NCBI RefSeq assembly: GCF_009914755.1
Contig: NC_060933.1
Length of the DNA: 64,000 nucleotides
DNA from: the human T2T-CHM13v2.0 reference genome, Homo sapiens
Strand: one strand, 5' to 3'
A program made the position numbers and the translations under genes. Shown here piece after piece: positions 39,661 to 55,600 of the stretch. Under the pieces are notes generated by a model, which was not told the origin of the DNA, searched no databases, and worked only from the letters and a program-made list of their open reading frames with translations. Numbering within the stretch: the first letter of the stretch is position 1; every line of letters begins with the position of its first letter.

Positions 39661-42450
39661 TGGAATGGAATGGAATGCAATGGAATGGAATGGAATCAAC
39701 CCGATTGCAATGGAATGGAGTGGAATGGAATGGAATGGAATGGAAACAACCCGAATGGAATGGAATGTAATGGAGAGTAAGGCAATTGAATAGAATCAAT
39801 AGGAATGTAATGGAATGGACTGGAACGGAATGGAATGCAATGGAATGGAATGGAATGCAATGGAATGGGATCAACCCGAGTGAAATGGAATGGAATCGAA
39901 AGGAATGGAATGGAATGGAATGGTTTCAACCCGAATGGATTGGAAAGGAATGGAATCAACCCGAGTGGAATGGAATGGAATGGAATGGAATGGAATGGAA
40001 TGGAATGGGTTCAACTCGAATGGAATGGAAAGGAATGGAATCAACCCGAGTGGAATGGCATGGAATGGAATGGAATGGAATGGAATGGAATGGAATGGAA
40101 GGGAATGGAATGGAATGGAATTAACCTGAACAGAATGGAAGGGAATGGAATGGAACGGAACGGAATGGAATGGAATGGAATGGAATGGAATGGAATGCAA
40201 TGGAATGGGATCAACCCGAGTACAGGGGAATGGAATGCAATGGAATGCAATGAAATGGAATCATCCGGAATGGAATGGAATGGAATGGAATGCAATGGAA
40301 TGGAATCAATCAACCCGAGTGCAATAGAATGCAGTGGAATGGAATGGAATGGTATGGAAACTACCCGAATGGAATAGAATGTAATGGAGTGTAAGGGAAT
40401 TAAAAAGAATCAATCCGAATGTAATGGAATTGAATGGAACGGAATGGAATGGAATGGAATGGAATGGAATGGAATGGAATTAACCCGAATAGAATGGAAA
40501 GGAATGGAATGGAATGGAATGGAATGGAATGGAATGGAATGGAATGGAACGGAATAGAATGGAATGGAACGAAATGGAATGGAATGAAATGGAATGGAAT
40601 GGAATGGAATGGAATGGAATGGAATGGAATCAACCCGAGTGCAGGGGAATGGAATGGAATTGAAGGCAATGGAATGAAATCATATGGAATTGAATGGAAT
40701 GGAATGGAATCAACTCGATTGCAATGGAATGGAATGGAATGGAATGGAATGGAATGGAATGGAATGGAATGGAATGGAATTAACCCGAATAGAATGGAAT
40801 TGAATGGAATGGAATGGATTCGAAGTAAATGGAATGGAATGTAATGAACCCGAGGGCAGGGGAATGGAATGGAATGGAATGCAATGGAATTGAGTCATCC
40901 GGAATGGAACAGAAAGGAATGGAATGGAATCAACCCGTGTGCAATGGAATGGAAAGGAATGGAATGGAATGGAATGGAATGGAATGGAATGGATTCAACC
41001 CGAATGGAATGGAAAGGAAGGGAATCAACCCAAGTGGAATGGAATGGAATGGAATGGAATGGAATGGAATGGAATGGTACCGAATAGAATGGAATGGAAC
41101 GAAAGTGGAATAGAATGGAATGGAATGGTATGGAAACAACCCGAATGGAATGGAATGAAATGGAGTGTAAGGGAATTGACTACAATCAATCCGAATGTAA
41201 TGGAATGGAATGGAACGGAATGGAATGGAATGGAATGGAATGCAGTGGAATGGAATCAAACCTAGTGCAATGGAAAGGAATGGAATGGAATGGAATGGAA
41301 TGGAATGGATTCAACCCAAATGGAATGGAAAGCAATGGAATCAACGTGAGTGGAATGGCATGGAATGGAATGGAACGGAATGGAATGGAATGGAATGCAA
41401 TGGTACGGAATAGAATGGAATAGAACGAAATGGAATGGAATGGAATGGAATGGAACGGAAAGGAATGGAATCAACTCGATTGCAATGGAATGCAATGGAA
41501 TGGAATGGAATGCAATTAAAGCGAATAGAATGGAATGGAATGGAATGGAACGGAATGGAATGGAATGGAATGGAATGGAATCGAATGGAATCAACCTGAG
41601 TGCAGGGGAATGGAATGGAATGGAATGCAATGGAATGTAATGGAATGGAATGCAATGGAAACAACTCGATTGCAATGGAATGGAATGGAATGGAATGGAA
41701 GGGAAAGGAATGGAATGGAATTAACCTGAACAGAATGGAATGGAATGGAATGGAACGGAATGGAATGGAATGGATTCAACCCGAATGGAATGGAAAGGAA
41801 TGGAATAAACACGAGTGGAATGGCATGGAATGGAATGGAATGGAATGGAATGGTACGGAATAGAATGGAATGGAACGAAATGGAATGGAATGGAATGGAA
41901 TGGAATGGAATGCAATCAACCTGAGTGCAATGGAATGGAATGGAATGGAATGGAACGGAAAGGAAACAACCCGAATGGAATGGAATGTAATGGAGTGTAA
42001 GGAATTGAATACAATCAATCCGAATGTAATGGAATGGAATGGAACGGAATGGAATGGAATGGAATGCAGTGGAATGGAATCAAACCTAGTACAATGGAAT
42101 GGAATGGAATGGAATGGAATGCAATGGAATGGATTGGATTCAACCCAAATGGAATGGAAAGCAATAGAATCAACACGAGTGGAATGGCATGGCATGGAAT
42201 GGAATGGAATGGAATGGTACGGAATAGAATGGAATGGATCGAAATGGAATGGAATGGAATGGAATGGAACGGAATGGAATGGAATCAACTCGATTGCAAT
42301 GGAATGTAATGGAATGGAATGGAATGGAATGGAATTAACGCGAATAGAATGGAATGGAATGGAATGGAAAGGAATGGGATGGAATGGAATCAATCTGAGT
42401 GCAGGGGAATGGAATGGAATGGAATGCAATGGAATGGAATCATCCGGAAT
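39660..42450 (-). repeat. ~2.8 kb paralogue of 48.45-51.23 kb and 54.04-56.83 kb
   Basis: Shared ggactggaacgg, aaatcatatgg, ggattcgaagtaaat, cgaaagtggaatag and gactacaatc, at offset ~8,776-8,781 to the next copy. Confidence 0.88.
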
Positions 42451-45400
42451 GGAATGGAATGGAATGGAATGGAATGGAATGGAATGGAATGGAATGCAGT
42501 GGAATGGAATCAAACCTAGTGCAATGGAATGGAATGGAATGGAATGGAATGGAATGGAATGGAATGGATTCAACCCGAATGGAATGAAAATGAATGGAAT
42601 AAACCCGAGTGGAATGGCATGGAATGCAAAGGAATGGAATGGAATGGTACGAAATAGAATGGAAAAGAACGAAATGGAATGGAATGGAACGGAATGGAAT
42701 GGAATGGAATCAACCCGAGTGCAATGTAATAGAATTGAGTGGAATGGAATGGAATGGATTCAACCCGAATGGAATGGAAAGGAATGGATTAAACCCGAGT
42801 GGAATGGCATGGAGTGGAGTGGAATGGAATGGAATGGAATGGAATGGAATGGAATGGAATGGAATAGAATGGAATCCACCCGAGTTCAGGGGAATGGAAT
42901 GGAATGGAATGCAATGCAATGGAATCATACGGAATGGAATGGAATGGAATGGAATGGAATGGAATGGAATCAACCCGATTGCAATGGAATGGAGTGGAAT
43001 GGAATGGAATGGAATGGAAACAACCCGAATGGAATGGAATGTAATGGAGTGTAAGGGAATTGAATAGAATCAATACGAATGTAATGGAATGGAATGGAAC
43101 GGAATGGAATGCAATGGAATGGAATGCAATGCAATGGAATGGGATCAACCCGAGTGTAATGCAATGGAATCGAAAGGAATGGAATGGAATGGAATGGTTT
43201 CAACCCGAATGGAATGGAAAGGAATGGAATCATCCCGAGTGGAATGGAATGGAATGGAATGGAATGGAATGGAATGGAATGCAATGGAATGGAATGGAAT
43301 GCTGTGGAATGGAATCAAACCTAGTGCAATGGAAAGGAATGGAATTGAATGGAATGGAATGGATTGGATTCAACCCAAATCGAATGGAAAGCAATGGAAT
43401 CAACCCGAGTGGAATGGCATGGAATGGAATGGAATGGAATGGAATGGAATGGAATGGAATGGAATGGAATGGAATGGAATCAATTCGATTGCAATGGAAT
43501 GGAATGGAATGGAATGGAATGGAATGGGTTCAACTCGAATGGAATGGAAAGGAATGGAATCAACCCGAGTGGAATGGCATGGAATGGAATGCAATGGAAT
43601 GGAATGGAATGGAATGGAATGCAATGGAATGGAATGGAATGCAATGGAATCAACCCGAGTGCTATGTAATGGAATTGAATGGAATGGAATGGAATGGAAT
43701 GGAATGGATTCAACCCGAATGGAATGAAAGGAATGGAATAAACCCGAGTGGAATGGCATGGAATGGAGTGGAATGGAATGGAATGGAATGGAATGGAATG
43801 GTACGAAATAGAATGGAATGGAACGAAATGGAATGTAATGTAATGGAATGGAATGGAATGGAATGGAATGAACCCGTGTGCAATGGAATGGAATGGAAAG
43901 GAATGGAATGGAATGGAATGAACCCGTGTGCAATGGAATGGAATCGAATGGAATGGAATGGAATGGAATGGATTCAAGTCGAATGGAATGGAAAGGAATG
44001 GAATCAACCCGAGTGGAATGGCATGGAATGGAATGGAATGAAATGGAATGGAATGGAATGGAATGGTACGGAATAGAACGGAATGAAACGAAATGGAATG
44101 GAATGGAATGGAATGGAATGGAATGGAATGGAAAGGAATGGAATGGAATCAACCCGAGTGCAGGGGAATGGAATGGAATGGAAGGCAATGGAATGCAATC
44201 ATCCGGAATTGAATGGAATGGAATGGAATGGAATGGAATCAACTCGATTGCAATGGAATGTAATGGAATGGAATGGAATGGAATTAATCCTAATAGAATG
44301 GAATGGAATGGAATGGAAGGGAATGGAATGGAATGGAATTAACCGGAATAGAATGCAATGGAATGGAATGGAATGGAATGGAATGGAATGGAATGAAATG
44401 GAATCAACTCGATTTCAATGGAATGGAATGGAATGGAATGGAATGCAATGGAATGGAATGGAATGGAATGCAATGAAATTAACCCGAATAGAATGGAATG
44501 GAATGGAATGGAATGGAATGGAATAGAGTGGAATGGAATGGAATGGAATAGAATGGAATCCACCCGAGTGCAGGGGAATGGAATGGAATGGAATGCAATG
44601 GAATGGAATCATACGGAATGGAATGGAATGGAATGGAATGGAATCAACCCGATTGCAATGGAATGGAGTGGAATGGAATGGAATGGAATGGAAACAACCC
44701 GAATGGAATGGAATGGAATGGAATGGAGTGTAAGGGAATTGAATAGAATCAATACGAATCTAATGGAATGGAATGGAACGGAATGGAATGCAATGGAATG
44801 GAATGGAATCCAATGGAATGGGTTCAACCCGAGTGCAATGGAATGGAATCGAAAGTAATGGAATGGAATGGAATGGATTCAACACGAATGGAATGGAAAG
44901 GAATGGAATCAACCCGAGTGGAATGGAATTTAATGGAATGGAATGGAATGGAATGCAGTGAAATGGAATCAAACCTAGTGCAATGGAAGGGAATGGAATG
45001 GAATGGAATGGAATGGAATGGAATGGAATGGATTAGATTCAACCCAAATGGAATGGAAAGCAATGGAATCAACCCGAGTGGAATGGCATGGAATGGAATG
45101 GAATGGAATGGAATGGAAAGGTACGGAAAAGAATGGAATGGAACGAAATGGAATGGAATGGGATAGAATGGAATGGAATGGAATGGAATGGAATAGATTG
45201 GAATCCACCCGATTACAGGGGAATGGAATGGAATGGAATGCAATGGAATGGAATGGAATGGATTCAACCCGAATGGAATGGAAAGGAAAGGAATAATCCC
45301 GAGTGAAATGGCATGGAAGGGAATGGAATGGAATGGAATGGTACAGAGTAGAATGGAATGGAACGAAATGGAATGGAATGGAATGGAATGGAATGGAATG

Positions 45401-46689
45401 AACCCGTGAGCAATGGAATGGAATGGAATGGAATGGAATGGAATGGAATGGAATGGAATGGGTTCAACTCGAATGGAATGGAAAGGAATGGAATCAACCC
45501 GAGTGGAATGGCATGGAATGGAATGGAATGGAATGGAATGGAATGGAATGGATTCAACCCGAATGGAATGGAAAGGAATGGAATAAACCGGAGTGGAATG
45601 GCAGGGAACGGAGTGGAATGGAATGGAATGGAAGGGAATGGTACGGAATAGAATGGAATGGAACGAAATGGAATGGAATGGAACGGAATGGAATGGAATG
45701 GAATGGAATGGAATGGAATGGAATGGAATGATACGGAATAGAATGGAATGGAACGAAATGGAATGGAATGGAATGGAATGAATGGAATGGAATGGAATAG
45801 AATGGAATCCACCCGATTGCAGGGGAATGGAAAGGAACGGAATGCAATGGAATGGAATGGAATGGATTCAACCCGAATGGAATGGAAAGGAATGGAATCA
45901 ACCCGAGTGGAATGGCATGGAATGGAATGGAATGGAATGGAATGGTACGGAATAGAATGGAATGGAAAGAAATGGAACGGAATGGAATGGAATGGAATGG
46001 AATGGAATGGAATCAACCTGAGTGCAATGGAATGGAGTGGAATGGAATGTAATGGAACGGAAACAACGCGAATGGAATGGAATGTAATGGAGTTTAAGGG
46101 AATTGAATACAATCAATCCGAATGTAATGGAATGGAATGGAACGGAATGGAATGGAATGTAATAGAATGGAATGGAATGGAATGAAATGGAATGGCAGGG
46201 AATGGAATGGAATCAACCCGAGTGCAAAGGAATGGAATGGAATGGAATGGAAGGGAATGGAATGGAATGGATTCAACCGGAATGGAATGGAAAGGAATGT
46301 AATAAACCTGAGTGGAATGGCATGGAATGGAATGGAATGGAATGGAATGGTACGGAATAGAATGGAATGGAACGAAATGGAATGGAATGGAATGGAATGG
46401 AATGGAATCAACCTGAGTGCAATGGAATGGAGTGGAATGGAATGAAATGGAATGGAAACAACCCGAATGGAATGGAATGTAATGGAGTGTAAGGGAATTG
46501 AATACAATCAATCCGAATGTAATGGAATGGAATGGAACGGAATGGAATGGAATGGAATGCCGTGGAATGGAATCAAACCTAGTGCAATGGAATGGAATGG
46601 AATGGAATGGAATGGAATGGAATGGAATGGATTGGATTCAACCCAAATGGAATGGAAAGCAATGGAATCAACCCGAGTGGAATGGCATG

Positions 46690-49600
46690 GAATGGAATGG
46701 AATGGAATGGAATGGAATGGAATGGAATGGTACAGAATAAAATGGAATGGAACGAAATGGAATGGAATGGAATGGAATGGAACGGAATGGAATGGAATCA
46801 ACTCGATTGCAATGGAATGTAATGGAATGGAATGGAATGGAATTAACGCGAATAGAATGGAATGGAATGTAATGGAACGGAATGGAATGGAATGGGATGG
46901 AATGGAATCAATCTGAGTGCAGGTGAATGGAATGGAATGGAATGTGATGGAATGGAATCAATCTGAGTGCAGGTGAATGGAATGGAATGGAATGCAATGG
47001 AATGGAATGGAATGGAATGGAATGCAATGGAATCAACTAGATTGCAATGGGATGGAATGCAATGGAATGGAATGGAAGGGAATGGAATGGAATGGAATTA
47101 ACCTGAACAGAATGGAATGGAATGGAATGGAACGGAATGGAAGGGAATGGAATGGAATGGAATTAACCTGAACAGAATGGAATGGAATGGAATGGAACGG
47201 AATGGAATGGAATGGAATGCAATGGAATGGAATGCAATGCAATGGGATCAACCCGAGTGCAGGGGAATGGAATGGAATGGGATGCAATGGAATGGAATCA
47301 ATGAACCCGAGTGCAATAGAATGCAGTGGAATGGAATGGAATGGAATGGAAAGTACCCGAATGGAATGGAAAGGAATGGAGTGTAAGGGAATTAAAAAGA
47401 ATCAATCCGAATGTAATGGAATGGAATGGAACGGAATGGAATGGAATGGAATGGAATGGAATGGAATGGAATCAACTCGATTGCAATGGAATGGAATGGA
47501 AAGGAATGGAATGGAATGGAATGGAATTAACCCGAATAGAATGGAATGGAATGAAATGGAATGGAATGGAATGGAATGGAATGGAAGGGAATGGAATGTA
47601 ATGGAATGGAATGGAATTAACCCGAATAGAATGGAATGGAACGGAAAGGAAGGGAATGGAATGGAATGTAATCAACTCGAGTGCAGGGGAAAGCAATGCA
47701 ATGGAATGAAATGGAATGGAGTCATACGGAATGGAAGGGAATGGAATGGAATCAACCAGAGTGCAATGGAATGGAGTGGAATGGAATGGAATAGAAAGGA
47801 AACAACACGAATGGAATAGAATGTATTGGAGTGTAAGGCAATTGAATGGAATCAATCCGAATGTAATTGAATAGAACGGAAAGGAATGGAATGGAATGGA
47901 ATGGAATGGAATGGAATGGAATGGAATGAAATGGAATGGCATGGAATGGAATGGAATCAACCCGAGTTCAATGGAATTGAATGGAATTGAATGGAATGGA
48001 ATGGAATGGAATGGAATGGAATGGAATCAACTCGATTGCAATGGAATGGAATGGAATGGAATGGAATGGAATGGAATGGAATGGAATTAACCCTACTAGA
48101 ATGGAATGGAATGGAATGGAATGGAATAGAATGGAATGGAAGGGAATGGAATGGAATGGAATGGAATGGAATTAACCCGAATAGAATGGAATGGAATGGA
48201 ATGGAATGGAATGGAATGGAATGGAATGGAATCAACTCGATTTCAATGGAATGGAATGGAATGGAATGGAATGCAATGGAAGGGAATGGAATGGAATGGA
48301 ATGAAATTAACCCGAATAGAATGGAATGGAATGGAGTGGAATGGAATGGAATGGAATGGAATAGAATGGAATCCACCAGAGTGCAGGGGAATGGAATGGA
48401 ATGGAATGCAATGGAATGGAATCATACGGAATGGAATGGAACGGAATGGAATGCAATGGAATGGAATGGAATCAACCCGATTGCAATGGAATGGAGTGGA
48501 ATGGAATGGAATGGAATGGAAACAACCCGAATGGAATGGAATGTAATGGAGAGTAAGGGAATTGAATAGAATCAATACGAATGTAATGGAATGGACTGGA
48601 ACGGAATGGAATGCAATGGAATGGAATGGAATGCAATGGAATGGGATCAACCCGAGTGAAATGGAATGGAATCGAAAGGAATGGAATGGAATGGAATGGT
48701 TTCAACCCGAATGGAATGGAAAGGAATGGAATCAACCCGAGTGGAATGGAATGGAATGGAATGGAATGGAATGGAATGGAATGGGTTCAACTCGAATGGA
48801 ATGGAAAGGAATGGAATCAACCCGAGTGGAATGGCATGGAATGGAATGGAATGGAATGGAATGGAATGGAATGGAAGGGAATGGAATGGAATGGAATTAA
48901 CCTGAACAGAATGGAAGGGAATGGAATGGAACGGAACGGAATGGAATGGAATGGAATGGAATGGAATGGAATGCAATGGAATGGGATCAACCCGAGTACA
49001 GGGGAATGGAATGCAATGGAATGCAATGAAATGGAATCATCCGGAATGGAATGGAATGGAATGGAATGCAATGGAATGGAATCAATCAACCCGAGTGCAA
49101 TAGAATGCAGTGGAATGGAATGGAATGGTATGGAAACTACCCGAATGGAATAGAATGTAATGGAGTGTAAGGGAATTAAAAAGAATCAATCCGAATGTAA
49201 TGGAATTGAATGGAACGGAATGGAATGGAATGGAATGGAATGGAATGGAATTAACCCGAATAGAATGGAAAGGAATGGAATGGAATGGAATGGAATGGAA
49301 TGGAATGGAATGGAATGGAATGGAACGGAATAGAATGGAATGGAACGAAATGGAATGGAATGAAATGGAATGGAATGGAATGGAATGGAATGGAATGGAA
49401 TCAACCCGAGTGCAGGGTAATGGAATGGAATTGAAGGCAATGGAATGAAATCATATGGAATTGAATGTAATGGAATGGAATCAACTCGATTGCAATGGAA
49501 TGGAATGGAATGGAATGGAATGGAATGGAATGGAATGGAATGGAATGGAATGGAATTAACCCGAATAGAATGGAATTGAATGGAATGGAATGGATTCGAA

Positions 49601-52600
49601 GTAAATGGAATGGAATGTAATGAACCCGAGGGCAGGGGAATGGAATGGAATGGAATGCAATGGAATTGAGTCATCCGGAATGGAACAGAAAGGAATGGAA
49701 TGGAATCAACCCGTGTGCAATGGAATGGAAAGGAATGGAATGGAATGGAATGGAATGGAATGGAATGGAATGGATTCAACCCGAATGGAATGGAAAGGAA
49801 GGGAATCAACCCAAGTGGAATGGAATGGAATGGAATGGAATGGAATGGAATGGAATGGTACCGAATAGAATGGAATGGAACGAAAGTGGAATAGAATGGA
49901 ATGGAATGGTATGGAAACAACCCGAATGGAATGGAATGAAATGGAGTGTAAGGGAATTGACTACAATCAATCCGAATGTAATGGAATGGAATGGAACGGA
50001 ATGGAATGGAATGGAATGGAATGCAGTGGAATGGAATCAAACCTAGTGCAATGGAAAGGAATGGAATGGAATGGAATGGAATGGAATGGATTCAACCCAA
50101 ATGGAATGGAAAGCAATGGAATCAACGTGAGTGGAATGGCATGGAATGGAATGGAACGGAATGGAATGGAATGGAATGCAAAGGTACGGAATAGAATGGA
50201 ATGGAACGAAATGGAATGGAATGGAATGGAATGGAACGGAAAGGAATGGAATCAACTCGATTGCAATGGAATGCACTGGAATGGAATGGAATGCAATTAA
50301 AGCGAATAGAATGGAATGGAATGGAATGGAACGGAATGGAATGGAATGGAATGGAATCGAATCGAATGGAATCAACCTGAGTGCAGGGGAATGGAATGGA
50401 ATGGAATGCAATGGAATGTAATGGAATGGAATGCAATGGAAACAACTCGATTGCAATGGAATGGAATGGAATGGAATGGAAGGGAAAGGAATGGAATGGA
50501 ATTAACCTGAACAGAATGGAATGGAATGGAATGGAACGGAATGGAATGGAATGGATTCAACCCGAATGGAATGGAAAGGAATGGAATAAACACGAGTGGA
50601 ATGGCATGGAATGGAATGGAATGGAATGGAATGGTACGGAATAGAATGGAATGGAACGAAATGGAATGGAATGGAATGGAATGGAATGGAATGCAATCAA
50701 CCTGAGTGCAATGGAATGGAATGGAATGGAATGGAACGGAAAGGAAACAACCCGAATGGAATGGAATGTAATGGAGTGTAAGGAATTGAATACAATCAAT
50801 CCGAATGTAATGGAATGGAATGGAACGGAATGGAATGGAATGGAATGCAGTGGAATGGAATCAAACCTAGTGCAATGGAATGGAATGGAATGGAATGGAA
50901 TGCAATGGAATGGATTGGATTCAACCCAAATGGAATGGAAATCAATAGAATCAACCCGAGTGGAATGGCATGGCATGGAATGGAATGGAATGGAATGGTA
51001 CGGAATAGAATGGAATGGATCGAAATGGAATGGAATGGAATGGAATGGAACGGAATGGAATGGAATCAACTCGATTGCAATGGAATGTAATGGAATGGAA
51101 TGGAATGGAATGGAATTAACGCGAATAGAATGGAATGGAATGGAATGGAAAGGAATGGGATGGAATGGAATCAATCTGAGTGCAGGGGAATGGAATGGAA
51201 TGGAATGCAATGGAATGGAATCATCCGGAATGGAATGGAATGGAATGGAATGGAATGGAATTAACCCGAATAGAATGGAATGGAATGGAATGGAATGGAA
51301 TGGAATGGAATGGAATCAACTCGATTTCAATGGAATGGAATGGAATGGAATGGAATGGAATGGAATGGAATAGAATGGAATCCACCCGACTGCAGGGGAA
51401 TGGAATGGAATAGAATGCAATGGAATGGAATCATACGGAATGGAATGGAATGGAATGGAATGGAATGGAATGGAATGGAAACAACCCGAATGGAATGGAA
51501 AGTGATGGAGTGTAAGGGAATTGAATAGAATCAATCCGAATGTAGTGGAATTGAATGGAACGGAATGGAATGGAATGGAATGGAATGGAATGGAATGGAA
51601 TGCAATGGAATGGGATCAACCCGAGTGCAATGGAATGGAATCGAAAGGAATGGAATGGAATGGAAAGGCTTCACCCCGAATGGAATGGAAAGGAATGGAA
51701 TCAACCCGAGTGGAATGGAATGGAATGGAATGGAATGAAATGGAATGGAATGGTATGCAATGGAATGGAACGGAATGGAATGGAATGGAATTGAATGGAA
51801 TCAACCCGGGTGCAGGGGAATGCAATTGAATGGAAGGCAATGGAATGCAATCATCCGAAATGGAATGGAATGGAATGGAATGGAATGGAATGCTTTCAAC
51901 CCGAATGGAATGGAATGGAATGGAATCAACCCGAGTGGAATGGCATGGAATGGAATGGAATGGAATGGAATGGAATGGAATGGAATGGAATGGTATGGAA
52001 TAGAATGGAATGGAACGAAATGGAAAGGAAGGGAATGGAATGGAATGGATTGGAATCAACCCGACTGCAATGGAATGGAGTGGAATGGAATGGAATGGAA
52101 TGGAAACAACCCGAATGGAATGGAATGTAATGGAGTGTAAGGGAATTGAATACAATCAATACGAATGTAATGGAATGGAATGGAACGGAATGGAATGGAA
52201 TGGAATGGAATGGAATGCAGTGGAATGGAATCAATCCTAGTGCAATGGAATGGAATGCAATGGAATGGAATGGAATGGAATGGAATGGAATGGAATGGAA
52301 TGGAATGGAATGGTACAGAATAAAATGGAATGGAACGAAATGGAATGGAATGGAATGGAATGGAACGGAATGGAATGGAATCAACTCGATTGCAATGGAA
52401 TGTAATGGAATGGAATGGAATGGAATTAACGCGAATAGAATGGAATGGAATGTAATGGAACGGAATGGAATGGAATGGGATGGAATGGAATCAATCTGAG
52501 TGCAGGTGAATGGAATGGAATGGAATGTGATGGAATGGAATCAATCTGAGTGCAGGTGAATGGAATGGAATGGAATGCAATGGAATGGAATGGAATGGAA

Positions 52601-55600
52601 TGGAATGCAATGGAATCAACTAGATTGCAATGGGATGGAATGCAATGGAATGGAATGGAAGGGAATGGAATGGAATGGAATTAACCTGAACAGAATGGAA
52701 TGGAATGGAATGGAACGGAATGGAAGGGAATGGAATGGAATGGAATTAACCTGAACAGAATGGAATGGAATGGAATGGAACGGAATGGAATGGAATGGAA
52801 TGGAATGGAATGGAATGCAATGCAATGGGATCAACCCGAGTGCAGGGGAATGGAATGGAATGGGATGCAATGGAATGGAATCAATGAACCCGAGTGCAAT
52901 AGAATGCAGTGGAATGGAATGGAATGGAATGGAAAGTACCCGAATGGAATGGAATGGAATGGAGTGTAAGGGAATTAAAAAGAATCAATCCGAATGTAAT
53001 GGAATGGAATGGAACGGAATGGAATGGAATGGAACGGAATGGAATGGAATGGAATCAACTCGATTGCAATGGAATGGAATGGAAAGGAATGGAATGGAAT
53101 GGAATGGAATTAACCCGAATAGAATGGAATGGAATGAAATGGAATGGAATGGAATGGAATGGAATGGAAGGGAATGGAATGTAATGGAATGGAATGGAAT
53201 TAACCCGAATAGAATGGAATGGAACGGAAAGGAAGGGAATGGAATGGAATGTAATCAACTCGAGTGCAGGGGAAAGCAATGCAATGGAATGAAATGGAAT
53301 GGAGTCATACGGAATGGAAGGGAATGGAATGGAATCAACCAGAGTGCAATGGAATGGAGTGGAATGGAATGGAATAGAAAGGAAACAACACGAATGGAAT
53401 AGAATGTATTGGAGTGTAAGGCAATTGAATAGAATCAATCCGAATGTAATTGAATAGAACGGAAAGGAATGGAATGGAATGGAATGGAATGGAATGGAAT
53501 GGAATGGAATGAAATGGAATGGCATGGAATGGAATGGAATCAACCCGAGTTCAATGGAATTGAATGGAATTGAATGGAATGGAATGGAATGGAATGGAAT
53601 GGAATGGAATCAACTCGATTGCAATGGAATGGAATGGAATGGAATGGAATGGAATGGAATGGAATGGAATGGAATTAACCCTACTAGAATGGAATGGAAT
53701 GGAATGGAATGGAATAGAATGGAATGGAAGGGAATGGAATGGAATGGAATGGAATGGAATTAACCCGAATAGAATGGAATGGAATGGAATGGAATGGAAT
53801 GGAATGGAATGGAATGGAATCAACTCGATTTCAATGGAATGGAATGGAATGGAATGGAATGCAATGGAAGGGAATGGAAGGGAATGGAATGAAATTAACC
53901 CGAATAGAATGGAATGGAATGGAGTGGAATGGAATGGAATGGAATGGAATAGAATGGAATCCACCAGAGTGCAGGGGAATGGAATGGAATGGAATGCAAT
54001 GGAATGGAATCATACGGAATGGAATGGAACGGAATGGAATGCAATGGAATGGAATGGAATCAACCCGATTGCAATGGAATGGAGTGGAATGGAATGGAAT
54101 GGAATGGAAACAACCCGAATGGAATGGAATGTAATGGAGAGTAAGGGAATTGAATAGAATCAATACGAATGTAATGGAATGGACTGGAACGGAATGGAAT
54201 GCAATGGAATGGAATGGAATGCAATGGAATGGGATCAACCCGAGTGAAATGGAATGGAATCGAAAGGAATGGAATGGAATGGAATGGTTTCAACCCGAAT
54301 GGAATGGAAAGGAATGGAATCAACCCGAGTGGAATGGAATGGAATGGAATGGAATGTAATGGAATGGAATGGGTTCAACTCGAATGGAATGGAAAGGAAT
54401 GGAATCAACCCGAGTGGAATGGCATGGAATGGAATGGAATGGAATGGAATGGAATGGAATGGAAGGGAATGGAATGGAATGGAATTAACCTGAACAGAAT
54501 GGAAGGGAATGGAATGGAACGGAACGGAATGGAATGGAATGGAATGGAATGGAATGGAATGCAATGGAATGGGATCAACCCGAGTACAGGGGAATGGAAT
54601 GCAATGGAATGCAATGAAATGGAATCATCCGGAATGGAATGGAATGGAATGGAATGCAATGGAATGGAATCAATCAACCCGAGTGCAATAGAATGCAGTG
54701 GAATGGAATGGAATGGTATGGAAACTACCCGAATGGAATAGAATGTAATGGAGTGTAAGGGAATTAAAAAGAATCAATCCGAATGTAATGGAATTGAATG
54801 GAACGGAATGGAATGGAATGGAATGGAATGGAATGGAATGGAATTAACCCGAATAGAATGGAAAGGAATGGAATGGAATGGAATGGAATGGAATGGAATG
54901 GAATGGAATGGAATGGAATGGAATGGAACGGAATAGAATGGAATGGAACGAAATGGAATGGAATGAAATGGAATGGAATGGAATGGAATGGAATGGAATG
55001 GAATCAACCCGAGTGCAGGGGAATGGAATGGAATTGAAGGCAATGGAATGAAATCATATGGAATTGAATGTAATGGAATGGAATCAACTCGATTGCAATG
55101 GAATGGAATGGAATGGAATGGAATGGAATGGAATGGAATGGAATGGAATGGAATTAACCCGAATAGAATGGAATTGAATGGAATGGAATGGATTCGAAGT
55201 AAATGGAATGGAATGTAATGAACCCGAGGGCAGGGGAATGGAATGGAATGGAATGCAATGGAATTGAGTCATCCGGAATGGAACAGAAAGGAATGGAATG
55301 GAATCAACCCGTGTGCAATGGAATGGAAAGGAATGGAATGGAATGGAATGGAATGGAATGGAATGGATTCAACCCGAATGGAATGGAAAGGAAGGGAATC
55401 AACCCAAGTGGAATGGAATGGAATGGAATGGAATGGAATGGAATGGAATGGTACCGAATAGAATGGAATGGAACGAAAGTGGAATAGAATGGAATGGAAT
55501 GGTATGGAAACAACCCGAATGGAATGGAATGAAATGGAGTGTAAGGGAATTGACTACAATCAATCCGAATGTAATGGAATGGAATGGAACGGAATGGAAT